A stretch of DNA of 32,000 nt from Alphaproteobacteria bacterium (GCA_030428565.1 JAUIDR010000026.1:12754-44753), one strand, 5' to 3'; positions 1-17,758 are shown, numbered from the stretch's first letter. Notes: generated by a model not told the origin, from the sequence alone. Translations and numbers: made by a program.

Positions 1-524
1 ATGCGCGGGGCGTTGAACAAAGCCAGCGGGCGCAGCGTCGAGCCGATAAAATCAATGTCACCGTTGACCAGCTGGTCGTCCATAGTGGCCAGATCGGGCG
101 CATCGAACAGGCGGCTAAAGCTCTTGAGCTTGTCGGCGCTAAAGGCCCCTTCGACATAAATGCCTTCAGAAAAAGCAAAGTGGATGGGGATGGCTAGATC
201 GCTGAGTCCCACCTCAAAATCACAGCCGTGATTGCGGCGCAACTCCTTGAGCTGACGCAGCAAGTAGCCGGCGAAAAGATCGGGGCGGGTGATGGTGGTG
301 GCAAAATCGCCGCTGGTATCGCAAAAGCCGAAGGAGCGCCCATCGTGGTCGTTGAGCGCTTCGGTGATGGCGACCCGAATTGCGGGGTAATAGGCGTGCA
401 CCGGCTGATCGGGCTCGTTGCCCGCCACGAAGGCGTCAAAGGCCTGGCGCAGGCGTTGGGTCTCTTGCGCGTAGAGGTCGATCAAGGCCTCGACGGCGGC
501 TTGGGGACTGGTGTAGGTCTGCAT
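1..524 (-). CDS. amn: AMP nucleosidase, N-terminal part (gene runs off left edge)
   Basis: Reverse complement from the ATG at 524 reads MQTYTSPQAAVEALIDLYAQETQRLRQAFDAFVAGNEPDQPVHAYYPAIRVAITEALNDHDGRSFGFCDTSGDFATTITRPDLFAGYLLRQLKEL. The YPxxRV / FG / TTITRPxLFxxYLxxQL pattern matches the AMP nucleosidase N-terminal domain. Open to the window edge. Confidence 0.85.
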   Translation of the reverse strand, partial: MQTYTSPQAAVEALIDLYAQETQRLRQAFDAFVAGNEPDQPVHAYYPAIRVAITEALNDHDGRSFGFCDTSGDFATTITRPDLFAGYLLRQLKELRRNHGCDFEVGLSDLAIPIHFAFSEGIYVEGAFSADKLKSFSRLFDAPDLATMDDQLVNGDIDFIGSTLRPLALFNAPR

Positions 525-592
525 CGCAAAGGCTTACGCCCAAGCGCGTGACAAAATCAAGACAACTCGGTTCGCGGTCACGGACTTTGACC

Positions 593-622
593 TTGACTCT
601 GGCGTGCCGCTTGGCCTATCTA
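593..622 (+). promoter_or_regulatory. Candidate sigma70-type promoter for rplJL (TTGACT, 18 nt, TATCTA)
   Basis: Hexamer reading only: -35 at 593-598 and -10 at 617-622, in the amn/rplJ divergent intergenic region. Confidence 0.4.
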
Positions 623-669
623 GCCGCTCTCTTTGTTGGGACGGGCTTCGGCCTGTCCTCGTAAAGCGA

Positions 670-828
670 ACTGTCCAAGACGATTGGGTCGGTGGTCCGG
701 CGGCTTTTTGAGCCAAAGGCGCGCTGTAAATTCCCTTTCTAGACGGAACGCGATTGAGTTTGTCGTTTGTGTCAGACCGCTGCTTGTCAGCGCGGACCCA
801 GGCGCCAACTTTGCTTCCTTTGGACAGT
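670..828 (+). promoter_or_regulatory. Candidate L10(L12) autoregulatory leader of rplJ
   Basis: Long untranslated region before rplJ with 9-nt complementary arms ACTGTCCAA (670-678) and TTGGACAGT (820-828). Position agrees with known L10 leaders. Confidence 0.4.
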
Positions 829-943
829 GTTGTGCGGTGTGGCTTTGACCTCAAGTTGGTCAAGGGGCTTGCTTGCGAGCGTCTTGAACGGCCCAAGGCT
901 AGAGCTGCTTCCTCTAACCCTACCTTTTTGAAAGGAGATCCGA

Positions 944-1468
944 ATGGATCGCGCAGAAAAGGAAGCGTTGGTTAAAGAACTTCGCGCGCAGTTTGAGGCG
1001 TCTACATCGGTGGTCGTTGCCCGTCAAAAAGGCATGACCGTTGCTAAGACCCAAGACCTGCGTGGCAAGATTCGCGAGAAGGATTGTTCCTTCCGCGTGG
1101 CGAAAAACCGCCTCGTGCGCATCGCGATCGAAGGAACACCCTTTGAGCCTCTCAGCCCCGTTCTGGAAGGCCCAACGACACTGGCTTTCTCCTCTGACCC
1201 CTCGTCAGCGGCGAAAATTATGGTCGATTACTGCAAGGGCAGCGACAACCTGGAAATCGTAGCAGGCGCCATGGAAGGCGAACTGTTCGATGCTGACGGT
1301 GTTGTTAACATCCTGTCAAAAATGCCTACTCTGGACGAGATCCGCGCCACTCTGGCCGGTCTGCTCAAAGCCCCTGCGTCCAAGATGGCTGGTGTTCTCA
1401 AGGCCCCTGCTCAGAAGGTCGTCGGCGTCATCAAGGCGTACGAAGACAAGCTGGCAGAAAACGCCTGA
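944..1468 (+). CDS. rplJ: 50S ribosomal protein L10
   Basis: ORF MDRAEKEALVKELRAQFEASTSVVV...AKNRLVRIA...; SD AAAGGAG upstream; L10 family, followed by L7/L12. Confidence 0.97.
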   Translation: MDRAEKEALVKELRAQFEASTSVVVARQKGMTVAKTQDLRGKIREKDCSFRVAKNRLVRIAIEGTPFEPLSPVLEGPTTLAFSSDPSSAAKIMVDYCKGSDNLEIVAGAMEGELFDADGVVNILSKMPTLDEIRATLAGLLKAPASKMAGVLKAPAQKVVGVIKAYEDKLAENA

Positions 1469-1552
1469 TCTTAGATCAACCTTACCCTTATTTTTTCGAC
1501 ATTTCCCTGGGGTGCAAACGGCCCTGGTGGAAGCAAAACCTGGAGAAGACAC

Positions 1553-1945
1553 ATGTCTGATGATGCACTGTTTGATGAACTAGTAGAAAAGCTGTCGGCC
1601 CTGACCGTTAAGCAAGCCGCGGACCTGGCAAAGCGCCTGGAAGACGAGTGGGGCGTTGAAGCTGCCTCTGGTGGCGGCATGATGATGATGGCTGCTGCAC
1701 CTGGTGCAGACGCTGGCGCTGCTGCTGAAGAAAAGACCGAGTTCGACGTGATCTTGGCCTCTGCTGGCGACAAGAAGATCAACGTGATCAAGGAAGTTCG
1801 CGCTATCACTGGCCTGGGCCTGAAAGAAGCCAAGGCACTGGTAGAAGAAGCTCCGAAGCCGGTTAAAGAAGGCGCGTCTAAGGACGAAGCTGAAGAGCTG
1901 AAGAAGAAGCTGGAAGAAGCTGGCGCGACCGTCGAAATCAAGTAA
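1553..1945 (+). CDS. rplL: 50S ribosomal protein L7/L12
   Basis: C-terminal domain ...[48 protein letters not shown]... is diagnostic. Confidence 0.98.
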   Translation: MSDDALFDELVEKLSALTVKQAADLAKRLEDEWGVEAASGGGMMMMAAAPGADAGAAAEEKTEFDVILASAGDKKINVIKEVRAITGLGLKEAKALVEEAPKPVKEGASKDEAEELKKKLEEAGATVEIK

Positions 1946-2003
1946 GCCTCGGCTTAGTTGAGCGCCGCTTGGCGGCGGCGACATCGCGCGGTTCGACCGC
2001 ATC

Positions 2004-2040
2004 AAACGGCTGGTCCCGATTGGGGCCGGCCGTTTTTTTT
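2004..2040 (+). terminator. Intrinsic terminator after rplL
   Basis: AAACGGCTGGTCCC-GATT-GGGGCCGGCCGTTTTTTTT: 11-bp stem (with G-U pairs), 4-nt loop, followed by an 8-T tract. Confidence 0.85.
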
Positions 2041-2178
2041 GTGCCCTGATGCTGCGGGCCAAATTGGCAGAAAACTTGGCTGTGTTTGAACAGTTTGCTA
2101 AAGTGTAAATCACAAAATTTCGCTTGTCTGTCCCACTGGCCTATTCTGAAATCAGGTCCGTGCAAAAGGAAAGAGATC

Positions 2179-2988
2179 ATGCGGGCGTTCGATCGCGTCT
2201 TGGTTGCTATGTTGCTGTTGTCCAGTCTCTTGGCTTTGGGCACCTTCACGCCCGCGCAATCGCAAGGGCTGAAATTCATCAAGGGTATCGGCGATTCTTG
2301 CGCGGGGCCTTACGACGAATGCACGCCAACGGCCTTCTGCAACGAATATAAAATCTGTCAGCCCAAGTCGGTGCAGACCATTCGCGGCATTGGCCAATAT
2401 TGCGGCGGCCCCAACGATATCTGCCAAGACGGGGCCTTTTGTAACGCCCAACGCGTCTGTCAGCGCCGCGCCAGTGGCGGCAACATTCGCGGCATCGGTG
2501 AGTCCTGTGGCGGCGGCCAAGACCAATGCCAGACCGGCAGTTTTTGTAACGAATACCGTGTCTGTGAGCGGGCAGGGGCCCGTTTGGTCAAGCGCTTGGG
2601 CGAGAGTTGTCGTAGCTCCAACGAAATCTGTGAGCCAGGAACCTACTGCAACGACCAACAAATTTGCGCGCAGCAAACGATCCGAGTTCTGCGCGGTATC
2701 GGCGATTATTGCGGGCGCCCCACCGACGAGTGCGCCTTTGGTAGCTTCTGCAACGCGCAAAAACGCTGCGAGGCTAGCGTCCTAAAAATTATCCGCGGCA
2801 TCGGCCAGTTCTGCGGCGGCCCGAATGATGAATGCGCGCAAGGCAGCTTTTGCAACGATCAACAGCTTTGTGAGAGCAGCGACACCATCAAATTCGTTAA
2901 AGGTGTTGGCGAATCATGCGGCGAACCCAACGAGATTTGCTCGCAAGGGGCTTATTGCAATATCGATTTTATCTGCGAGTCGTACTAG
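2179..2988 (+). CDS. Secreted cysteine-rich tandem-repeat protein, function unknown
   Basis: ATG at 2179 preceded by AAAGGAAAGAG. Signal peptide MRAFDRVLVAMLLLSSLLALGTFTPAQSQG, then seven modules of the form (I/V)(R/K)GIGxxC-x6-C-x5-C-x5-C. Confidence 0.88.
   Translation: MRAFDRVLVAMLLLSSLLALGTFTPAQSQGLKFIKGIGDSCAGPYDECTPTAFCNEYKICQPKSVQTIRGIGQYCGGPNDICQDGAFCNAQRVCQRRASGGNIRGIGESCGGGQDQCQTGSFCNEYRVCERAGARLVKRLGESCRSSNEICEPGTYCNDQQICAQQTIRVLRGIGDYCGRPTDECAFGSFCNAQKRCEASVLKIIRGIGQFCGGPNDECAQGSFCNDQQLCESSDTIKFVKGVGESCGEPNEICSQGAYCNIDFICESY
2275..2985 (+). repeat. Seven diverged tandem protein repeats (~34-35 aa each, 4 Cys per unit)
   Basis: Units: FIKGIGDSCAGPYDECTPTAFCNEYKIC; IRGIGQYCGGPNDICQDGAFCNAQRVC; IRGIGESCGGGQDQCQTGSFCNEYRVC; VKRLGESCRSSNEICEPGTYCNDQQIC; LRGIGDYCGRPTDECAFGSFCNAQKRC; IRGIGQFCGGPNDECAQGSFCNDQQLC; FVKGVGESCGEPNEICSQGAYCNIDFIC. 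Confidence 0.95.
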
Positions 2989-3022
2989 TCAGCCGCGAAA
3001 GAGCCAAAAAATCGTTCCACCA

Positions 3023-3056
3023 GGGGTTGCAGCACTTTGCCGCAGACCCCTTTTTT
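3023..3056 (+). terminator. Intrinsic terminator after the Cys-rich repeat gene
   Basis: GGGGTTGC-loop-GCA(G)ACCCC followed by TTTTTT; 8 bp with a one-nt bulge. Confidence 0.7.
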
Positions 3057-3099
3057 AGCGCCTTATGGCCGGTGTTGCCGCTGTTCGAGTGCTTAGGGC

Positions 3100-3128
3100 T
3101 TGTCAAGTCTCTATCCAGCCCCTATACA
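3100..3128 (+). promoter_or_regulatory. Candidate rpoB promoter (TTGTCA, 17 nt, TATACA)
   Basis: Near-consensus -35 (3100-3105) and -10 (3123-3128) hexamers at optimal spacing, just after the terminator at 3023-3056. Confidence 0.5.
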
Positions 3129-3130
3129 AG

Positions 3131-3343
3131 GCGGCCCGACACGAATGGATGGTGTCGCCGCAACTCCCCTCTCTTCTATTTTCGTGTAGCGCTGGCTTTG
3201 CGCTGCCAATCACTTTGGTGATTTCTTTGACAACACGAGTTTCTTGGTAAGCAGTTAGCTTGTCGGAGTGCGCAGCGACCCCCGATTTTCGGCGCTTGGT
3301 CGACTGCGCTGTTGGCGTTTGTCTCGGTCGCATACCAGACCGA
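3131..3343 (+). promoter_or_regulatory. Structured 5' leader of rpoB (several predicted helices)
   Basis: Complementary arms: CGACAC/GTGTCG (3137-3142/3152-3157); TCGTGT/ACACGA (3182-3187/3233-3238) enclosing AGCGC/GCGCT and AATCAC/GTGATT; GCGCAG-CGACC/GGTCG-A-CTGCGC (3270-3280/3298-3309); TCGGTC/GACCGA (3324-3329/3338-3343). Confidence 0.4.
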
Positions 3344-3405
3344 CGATAGCCCGAACCGACCCCCTGATTGCCCGCCATCGAGGCTCCCAAATAAATGGTA
3401 GGTCC

Positions 3406-7587
<4,182 letters not shown>

Positions 7588-7599
7588 GTCGCCGCCAAG

Positions 7600-7637
7600 C
7601 CCGGTACTCCGATCCCCAGCGGGTCGGAGCCACCGGG
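7600..7637 (+). promoter_or_regulatory. Long hairpin in the rpoB-rpoC spacer (no U-tract)
   Basis: CCCGGT-a-CTCCGA-tc-CCC-agc-GGG-TCGGAG-cc-ACCGGG: 15 bp read by hand. Confidence 0.6.
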
Positions 7638-7708
7638 ACGCTCGCCCATATTTAGCGTAGCTGCCAGGCCCGTCCGGCCGCCGCGCCGTCCCCAAAAGGA
7701 GACACCTT

Positions 7709-11875
<4,167 letters not shown>

Positions 11876-11897
11876 GGGCCAAAAGCTAAACGACTCT

Positions 11898-11934
11898 AAA
11901 AACGGCGATCTTGTTTCAGATCGCCGTTTTTTTT
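11898..11934 (+). terminator. Intrinsic terminator after rpoC
   Basis: AAAACGGCGATCT-TGTTTC-AGATCGCCGTTTTTTTT: perfect 13-bp stem plus T-tract. Confidence 0.92.
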
Positions 11935-12038
11935 GCCCACAACTCACAAAAATGACCTGATTTTGCTTGCTTATCCGCGCAAAGCCGCTCTGCGGCCCCA
12001 TGGCATGCCTGCCATGCGCTTTCTAGGGCAGATATCGC

Positions 12039-12067
12039 TTGACTAGCCCCAAGAGCGTCACTAGGTT
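12039..12067 (+). promoter_or_regulatory. Candidate str-operon promoter (TTGACT, 17 nt, TAGGTT)
   Basis: Hexamers at 12039-12044 and 12062-12067 in the rpoC-rpsL intergenic region. Confidence 0.3.
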
Positions 12068-12296
12068 GCGCGAACCGTTGAGCAGCGGTGGGCTCCTCTA
12101 TGCCCGGTCTCCAGCAAAACTCAGGGTTTGTGCCCAGAGTTGCGTTCTCGGCCATCGGCGAGTGAGTTCCTTGTTGTTCGCACAGTTTGGACTCTCCATT
12201 CAGCAAAATAGCAGCCACGTGTTTTTACCCCCTTGAAATTCAAGGTGTGGATTACACGAAGGCCCATATCTTTGCTTCAAAGACCTAAGGTTAGGT

Positions 12297-12668
12297 ATGC
12301 CAACGATTAACCAGTTGATCCGCAAGCCGCGGAAAGACAAGCCCGCGCGCAACAAGGTTCCGGCTCTGGAATCTTGCCCTCAAAAGCGCGGTGTTTGCAC
12401 ACGTGTTTATACAACCACGCCCAAGAAGCCAAACTCGGCGATGCGTAAAGTCTGTCGTGTGCGTTTGACAAACGGCTATGAGGTCACGTCTTACATCCCC
12501 GGTGAGGGTCACAACCTGCAAGAGCACTCTGTTGTGATGATCCGCGGCGGCCGTGTGAAAGACTTGCCCGGTGTCCGCTATCACACTCTGCGTGGTGTCC
12601 TGGATACCCAGGGCGTTAAAGACCGTAAGCAGCGTCGTTCTAAGTACGGCGCTAAGCGTCCTAAATAA
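12297..12668 (+). CDS. rpsL: 30S ribosomal protein S12
   Basis: [14 protein letters not shown]...[58 protein letters not shown]. Confidence 0.98.
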   Translation: MPTINQLIRKPRKDKPARNKVPALESCPQKRGVCTRVYTTTPKKPNSAMRKVCRVRLTNGYEVTSYIPGEGHNLQEHSVVMIRGGRVKDLPGVRYHTLRGVLDTQGVKDRKQRRSKYGAKRPK

Positions 12669-12674
12669 GGGTAA

Positions 12675-13151
<477 letters not shown>

Positions 13152-13187
13152 CAATAGTAACCGCAAGCGAGCACAGCAGGTTTCCCC

Positions 13188-15296
13188 ATGGCACGTAACA
13201 CGCCACTTGAACACTATCGCAACGTCGGCATCATGGCGCACATCGACGCCGGTAAAACGACGACTACTGAACGCATCCTGTACTACACCGGTGTTGAGCA
13301 CAAAATCGGTGAAGTGCACGAAGGCGCTGCTACCATGGACTGGATGGAGCAGGAGCAAGAGCGCGGCATTACCATTACTTCTGCGGCCACAACCTGCCAC
13401 TGGCAGTTGGTGGACATGGAAGGCAACATGGACCCGACGCGTTACCGCATCAACATCATCGACACCCCGGGCCACGTGGACTTCACCATTGAAGTTGAAC
13501 GCTCTTTGCGCGTTCTGGACGGCGCTGTTGCTGTGTTCGACTCGGTTGCTGGTGTTGAGCCGCAGTCTGAGACCGTTTGGCGCCAGGCCGACAAGTACGG
13601 CGTGCCTCGTATGTGTTTCGTCAACAAGATGGACCGCATGGGTGCCGATTTCTATCGCACCGTCGACATGATTGTCGACCGTCTGGGCGCAAACCCGCTG
13701 GTGACTCACTTGCCGATTGGCGCCGAGTCAGACTTCGAGGGCGTTGTTGACCTGATTCGCATGAAAGAAATTCTGTGGAAGGGTGAAGACCTGGGAGCGT
13801 CTTTCGAATACGTCGATATTCGCGACGAATTGAAGGACCGCGCTGACGAGTATCGTGAGAAGATGGTCGAGACCGCTGTCGAAATGGACGAAGCGGCGAT
13901 GGAAGCCTACTTGGAAGGCGAAGAGCCCAGCGATGATACGCTGCGCGCTTGCATCCGTAAGGGCACCATTGCGGGTGAATTCGTTCCCGTCTTCTGCGGC
14001 ACTGCCTTTAAGAACAAGGGTGTTCAGCCCCTGTTGGACAGCATGATCTGGTACATGCCTGCGCCGACCGACGTTGAGGCGATCAAGGGTGTTGATGCCA
14101 AGACCGAAGAAGAGACCGTCCGTCGTTCATCTGACGATGAGCCTTTCTCTTCACTGGCCTTCAAGATCATGAACGACCCGCACATGGGCTCTTTGACCTT
14201 TGCACGCATCTACTCTGGTGTCCTGAAGAAGGGCACACAGGTGTTGAACTCTGTGAAGGGCAACAAAGAGCGCGTGGGCCGTATGGTTCAGATGCACGCT
14301 CGCAAGACCGAGGATTTGGATGAAGCCTACGCGGGCGACATCGTGGCGATTGCTTCGCTGAAAGACACTACAACAGGCGACACCCTGTGTGATCCCATGA
14401 AGCCGGTTATCCTTGAGCGCATGGAATTCCCCGATCCCGTTATTTCGATCGCGGTTGAGCCCAAGTCAAAGGCCGACCAAGAAAAAATGGGTCTCGCCCT
14501 GGGCCGTTTGGCTAAAGAAGATCCTTCGTTCCGCGTTCAGTCGGACGATGAATCCGGCCAGACCGTGATTTCAGGCATGGGTGAATTGCACCTGGACATC
14601 ATCGTTGACCGCATGAAGCGCGAGTTCAAGGTCGAGTGTAACGTGGGTAACCCGCAGGTTGCTTACCGCGAATCTATCACCAAGCCTTACCGCGTTGACT
14701 ATACCCACAAGAAGCAGTCTGGTGGTTCTGGTCAGTTCGGTCGCGTGATTGTTGAGGTCGAGCCCAACGAAGCTGGCGCTGGCTTCGAGTTCGAAAGCAA
14801 GATCGTCGGTGGTTCTATTCCGCGTGAATACATCCCGGCCGTCGAATCGGGCTTCAAGTCATCGATGGATGCTGGCGTCATTGCCGGCTTCCCCATGGTT
14901 GACGTTAAGTTCACTTTGATGGACGGCGCCTACCACGACGTTGACTCGTCTGCCATCGCATTTGAAATTGCTGCTAAGGCAGCCTTCCGTGAAGCCATTC
15001 CTAAGTGTGGTCCCCAGCTGCTGGAGCCCATGATGAAGGTTGAGGTTCTGACACCGGAAGACTACATGGGCGACATCATCGGTGACTTGTCATCACGTCG
15101 CGGCCAAGTGACAGGCTCTGAACCCCGCGGCAATGCCGTTGCGGTAAACGCCTTCGTTCCTCTGGCAAACATGTTTGGTTACATCAATAACCTGCGCTCT
15201 ATGAGCTCTGGTCGTGCGCAATTTACCATGCAGTTCGACCACTACGAGCCCGTGCCGAAGCAGGTTGCTGATGAGGTTGTTGCGAATCTGGCCTAA
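13188..15296 (+). CDS. fusA: Elongation factor G
   Basis: [35 protein letters not shown]...[26 protein letters not shown]; 702 aa. Confidence 0.98.
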   Translation: MARNTPLEHYRNVGIMAHIDAGKTTTTERILYYTGVEHKIGEVHEGAATMDWMEQEQERGITITSAATTCHWQLVDMEGNMDPTRYRINIIDTPGHVDFTIEVERSLRVLDGAVAVFDSVAGVEPQSETVWRQADKYGVPRMCFVNKMDRMGADFYRTVDMIVDRLGANPLVTHLPIGAESDFEGVVDLIRMKEILWKGEDLGASFEYVDIRDELKDRADEYREKMVETAVEMDEAAMEAYLEGEEPSDDTLRACIRKGTIAGEFVPVFCGTAFKNKGVQPLLDSMIWYMPAPTDVEAIKGVDAKTEEETVRRSSDDEPFSSLAFKIMNDPHMGSLTFARIYSGVLKKGTQVLNSVKGNKERVGRMVQMHARKTEDLDEAYAGDIVAIASLKDTTTGDTLCDPMKPVILERMEFPDPVISIAVEPKSKADQEKMGLALGRLAKEDPSFRVQSDDESGQTVISGMGELHLDIIVDRMKREFKVECNVGNPQVAYRESITKPYRVDYTHKKQSGGSGQFGRVIVEVEPNEAGAGFEFESKIVGGSIPREYIPAVESGFKSSMDAGVIAGFPMVDVKFTLMDGAYHDVDSSAIAFEIAAKAAFREAIPKCGPQLLEPMMKVEVLTPEDYMGDIIGDLSSRRGQVTGSEPRGNAVAVNAFVPLANMFGYINNLRSMSSGRAQFTMQFDHYEPVPKQVADEVVANLA

Positions 15297-15393
15297 GCGA
15301 CTATAAACACCGTTCTTTTCTCCCCGGGGGTGGCCACCCCCAACCACTCCTGCCCGGGTACCCCGGGGTTGACTAATCTAACGAGGCTTTGAA

Positions 15394-16581
15394 ATGGCTA
15401 AGGAAAAGTTTGAGCGTAATAAACCGCACATGAACATCGGCACCATCGGTCACGTTGACCATGGTAAGACCACGTTGACCGCTGCAATCACCAAGGTAAT
15501 GGCGGAAACTTACGGTGGTGAAGCAACCGATTTCGATAACATCGATAAGGCGCCTGAAGAAAAAGCACGCGGCATCACCATCAACACTGCGCACGTAGAA
15601 TACGAGACTGAGACTCGCCACTACGCGCACGTCGACTGCCCTGGCCACGCTGACTATGTGAAGAACATGATCACTGGTGCGGCTCAGATGGACGGTGCGA
15701 TCCTGGTTGTGAACGCAGCTGACGGCCCAATGCCCCAGACCCGTGAACACATCCTGCTGTCTCGCCAGGTTGGCCTGAAGCACTTGGTTGTATTCCTGAA
15801 CAAGGTTGACCAGGTTGACGATGAAGAGCTGCTCGAGCTGGTTGAAATGGAAGTTCGTGAGCTGCTGTCTGAGTATGAATTCCCCGGCGACGATATTCCG
15901 ATTATCGCAGGTTCTGCTCTGGCGGCTCTGGAAAACCGTGACGACAACATTGGTAAAGACAAGGTTGTCGAGCTGATGAAAGCGGTCGACGACTACTTCC
16001 CCGAGCCCGAGCGCGCGGTCGACGGCGACTTCTTGATGCCGATCGAGGACGTGTTCTCAATTTCTGGCCGTGGTACCGTTGTTACCGGCCGTATTGAGCG
16101 TGGCATCCTGAAGGTTGGCGACGAAATCGAAATCGTTGGTATCCGCGACACTGCGAAGACCACTTGTACCGGCGTTGAGATGTTCCGCAAGCTGCTGGAC
16201 CAGGGCCAGGCTGGCGACAACATTGGTGCCCTGCTGCGTGGTGTGGGTCGTGAAGACGTTGAGCGTGGCCAGGTTCTGGCTAAGCCCGGCTCAATCAAGC
16301 CGCACTCTAAGTTCGAAGCTGAAGCCTACATCCTGACCAAGGATGAAGGTGGCCGTCACACGCCGTTCTTCACAAACTACCGTCCTCAGTTCTACTTCCG
16401 TACAACTGACGTCACCGGTGTTGTGACTCTGCCCGACGGCGTTGAGATGGTTATGCCCGGCGACAACGTGAAAATGAACGTTGAGCTGATCGCGCCGATC
16501 GCGATGGACGAGCAGCTGCGCTTTGCGATCCGTGAAGGTGGCCGTACCGTTGGTGCCGGCGTGGTATCAAAGATCAGCTAA
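15394..16581 (+). CDS. tuf: Elongation factor Tu
   Basis: [38 protein letters not shown]...; 395 aa. Confidence 0.98.
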   Translation: MAKEKFERNKPHMNIGTIGHVDHGKTTLTAAITKVMAETYGGEATDFDNIDKAPEEKARGITINTAHVEYETETRHYAHVDCPGHADYVKNMITGAAQMDGAILVVNAADGPMPQTREHILLSRQVGLKHLVVFLNKVDQVDDEELLELVEMEVRELLSEYEFPGDDIPIIAGSALAALENRDDNIGKDKVVELMKAVDDYFPEPERAVDGDFLMPIEDVFSISGRGTVVTGRIERGILKVGDEIEIVGIRDTAKTTCTGVEMFRKLLDQGQAGDNIGALLRGVGREDVERGQVLAKPGSIKPHSKFEAEAYILTKDEGGRHTPFFTNYRPQFYFRTTDVTGVVTLPDGVEMVMPGDNVKMNVELIAPIAMDEQLRFAIREGGRTVGAGVVSKIS

Positions 16582-16602
16582 GGTCATTTTTGGCTATTGG
16601 TG

Positions 16603-16631
16603 AAAGCGCCCAGCGGCTAGCTGGGCGTTTT
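16603..16631 (+). terminator. Intrinsic terminator after tuf
   Basis: AAAG-CGCCCAGC-GGCTA-GCTGGGCG-TTTT; perfect 8-bp GC-rich stem, short T-tract. Confidence 0.7.
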
Positions 16632-16663
16632 CTATCCTCAGCAAGACTATTGTAGGTAGAAGA

Positions 16664-16978
16664 ATGGACAGTCAAAACATACGGATACGATTGAAGGCGT
16701 TCGACCATCGTATTTTGGACAACTCGACGCGCGAAATCGTCAACACGGCCAAGCGCACCGGCGCCGAGGTACGTGGTCCTATTCCGCTGCCGACTCGTAT
16801 CGAAAAGTTCACGGTTCTGCGTGGTCCCCACGTCAACAAGAAGAGCCGCGATCAGTTTGAAATCCGCACACACAAGCGGATGTTGGACATTGTAGATCCG
16901 ACGCCCCAGACCGTCGACGCGCTGATGAAGCTCGACCTGGCCTCTGGCGTGGACGTAGAGATTAAGGTTCAAAGCTAA
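16664..16978 (+). CDS. rpsJ: 30S ribosomal protein S10
   Basis: [72 protein letters not shown]. Confidence 0.98.
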   Translation: MDSQNIRIRLKAFDHRILDNSTREIVNTAKRTGAEVRGPIPLPTRIEKFTVLRGPHVNKKSRDQFEIRTHKRMLDIVDPTPQTVDALMKLDLASGVDVEIKVQS

Positions 16979-17730
16979 TGGCAAACCGTACCGGATTGGT
17001 TGCCCGTAAGCTGGGCATGACACGCATTTTCTCCGAGAACGGCACACACGTGCCCGTTACGGTTCTGCAAATGGACGGCTGCCAGGTTGTTGCGCAGCGT
17101 ACGGAAGAAAAAGACGGCTACACCGCTTTGCAGTTGGGTGTTGGCGCTGCGAAAGCCAAGCGCACCAGCAAGCAAATGCGTGGCCACTTTGCTAAGGCCA
17201 ACGTTGAGCCTAAGGCAAAAGTCGTCGAGTTTCGTGTGCCCGCTGAAGGCATGATCGGGGTTGGCCAAGAATTGACCGCCGATCACTTCCAGGTTGGCCA
17301 ATACGTCGATGTGACTGGCACGTCTATCGGTAAAGGTTTTGCCGGTGCCATGAAGCGTCACAACTTCGGCGGCATGCGCGCGACCCACGGTGTGTCTATC
17401 TCACACCGCGCGCACGGCTCTACCGGCCAGTGCCAGGATCCCGGGAAGGTCTTCAAGAACAAGAAGATGGCCGGTCACATGGGTGACGAGCGCGTCACCA
17501 CTTTGAATTTGACCGTCGCGCGCACCGATGTTGAGCGCGGTTTGGTTTTCATCCGCGGCGCTGTTCCTGGCGCTGAGGGGGGCTGGGTTCTGATCCGCGA
17601 TGCGGTCAAGAAGACCATGCCAGAAGATTTGCCGATGCCCGGCGCACACCGCACTTTCGGTGCGGCAGTCGCCGAGACACCAGCAGAAGAAGTTGCTGAA
17701 GAAGCTGCAGACGCAGCGACCGAAGAATAA
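16978..17730 (+). CDS. rplC: 50S ribosomal protein L3
   Basis: [22 protein letters not shown]...[41 protein letters not shown]; TAATG overlap with rpsJ. Confidence 0.97.
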   Translation: MANRTGLVARKLGMTRIFSENGTHVPVTVLQMDGCQVVAQRTEEKDGYTALQLGVGAAKAKRTSKQMRGHFAKANVEPKAKVVEFRVPAEGMIGVGQELTADHFQVGQYVDVTGTSIGKGFAGAMKRHNFGGMRATHGVSISHRAHGSTGQCQDPGKVFKNKKMAGHMGDERVTTLNLTVARTDVERGLVFIRGAVPGAEGGWVLIRDAVKKTMPEDLPMPGAHRTFGAAVAETPAEEVAEEAADAATEE

Positions 17731-17758
17731 GTTTTAGACGAACCGAGGGTAAAGGCTT

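Noticed and set aside
228-551. Forward ORF (107 aa) opposite amn
   Set aside because: Lies on the opposite strand of the AMP nucleosidase coding region, whose protein motifs are clear.
2086-2178. Upstream TTG start for the Cys-rich ORF
   Set aside because: The ATG at 2179 has a good ribosome-binding site and gives a clean signal peptide. The extension would bury it.
2275-2985. CRISPR-like or DNA-level tandem array
   Set aside because: The periodicity is at the protein level. The nucleotide units are diverged and contiguous with the reading frame, with no conserved repeats and unique spacers.
3268-3405. N-terminal extension of rpoB in the ORF track (start at 3268)
   Set aside because: The family N-terminus begins at [18 protein letters not shown] (ATG 3406). 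The upstream part coincides with leader hairpins and looks like an open frame without function.
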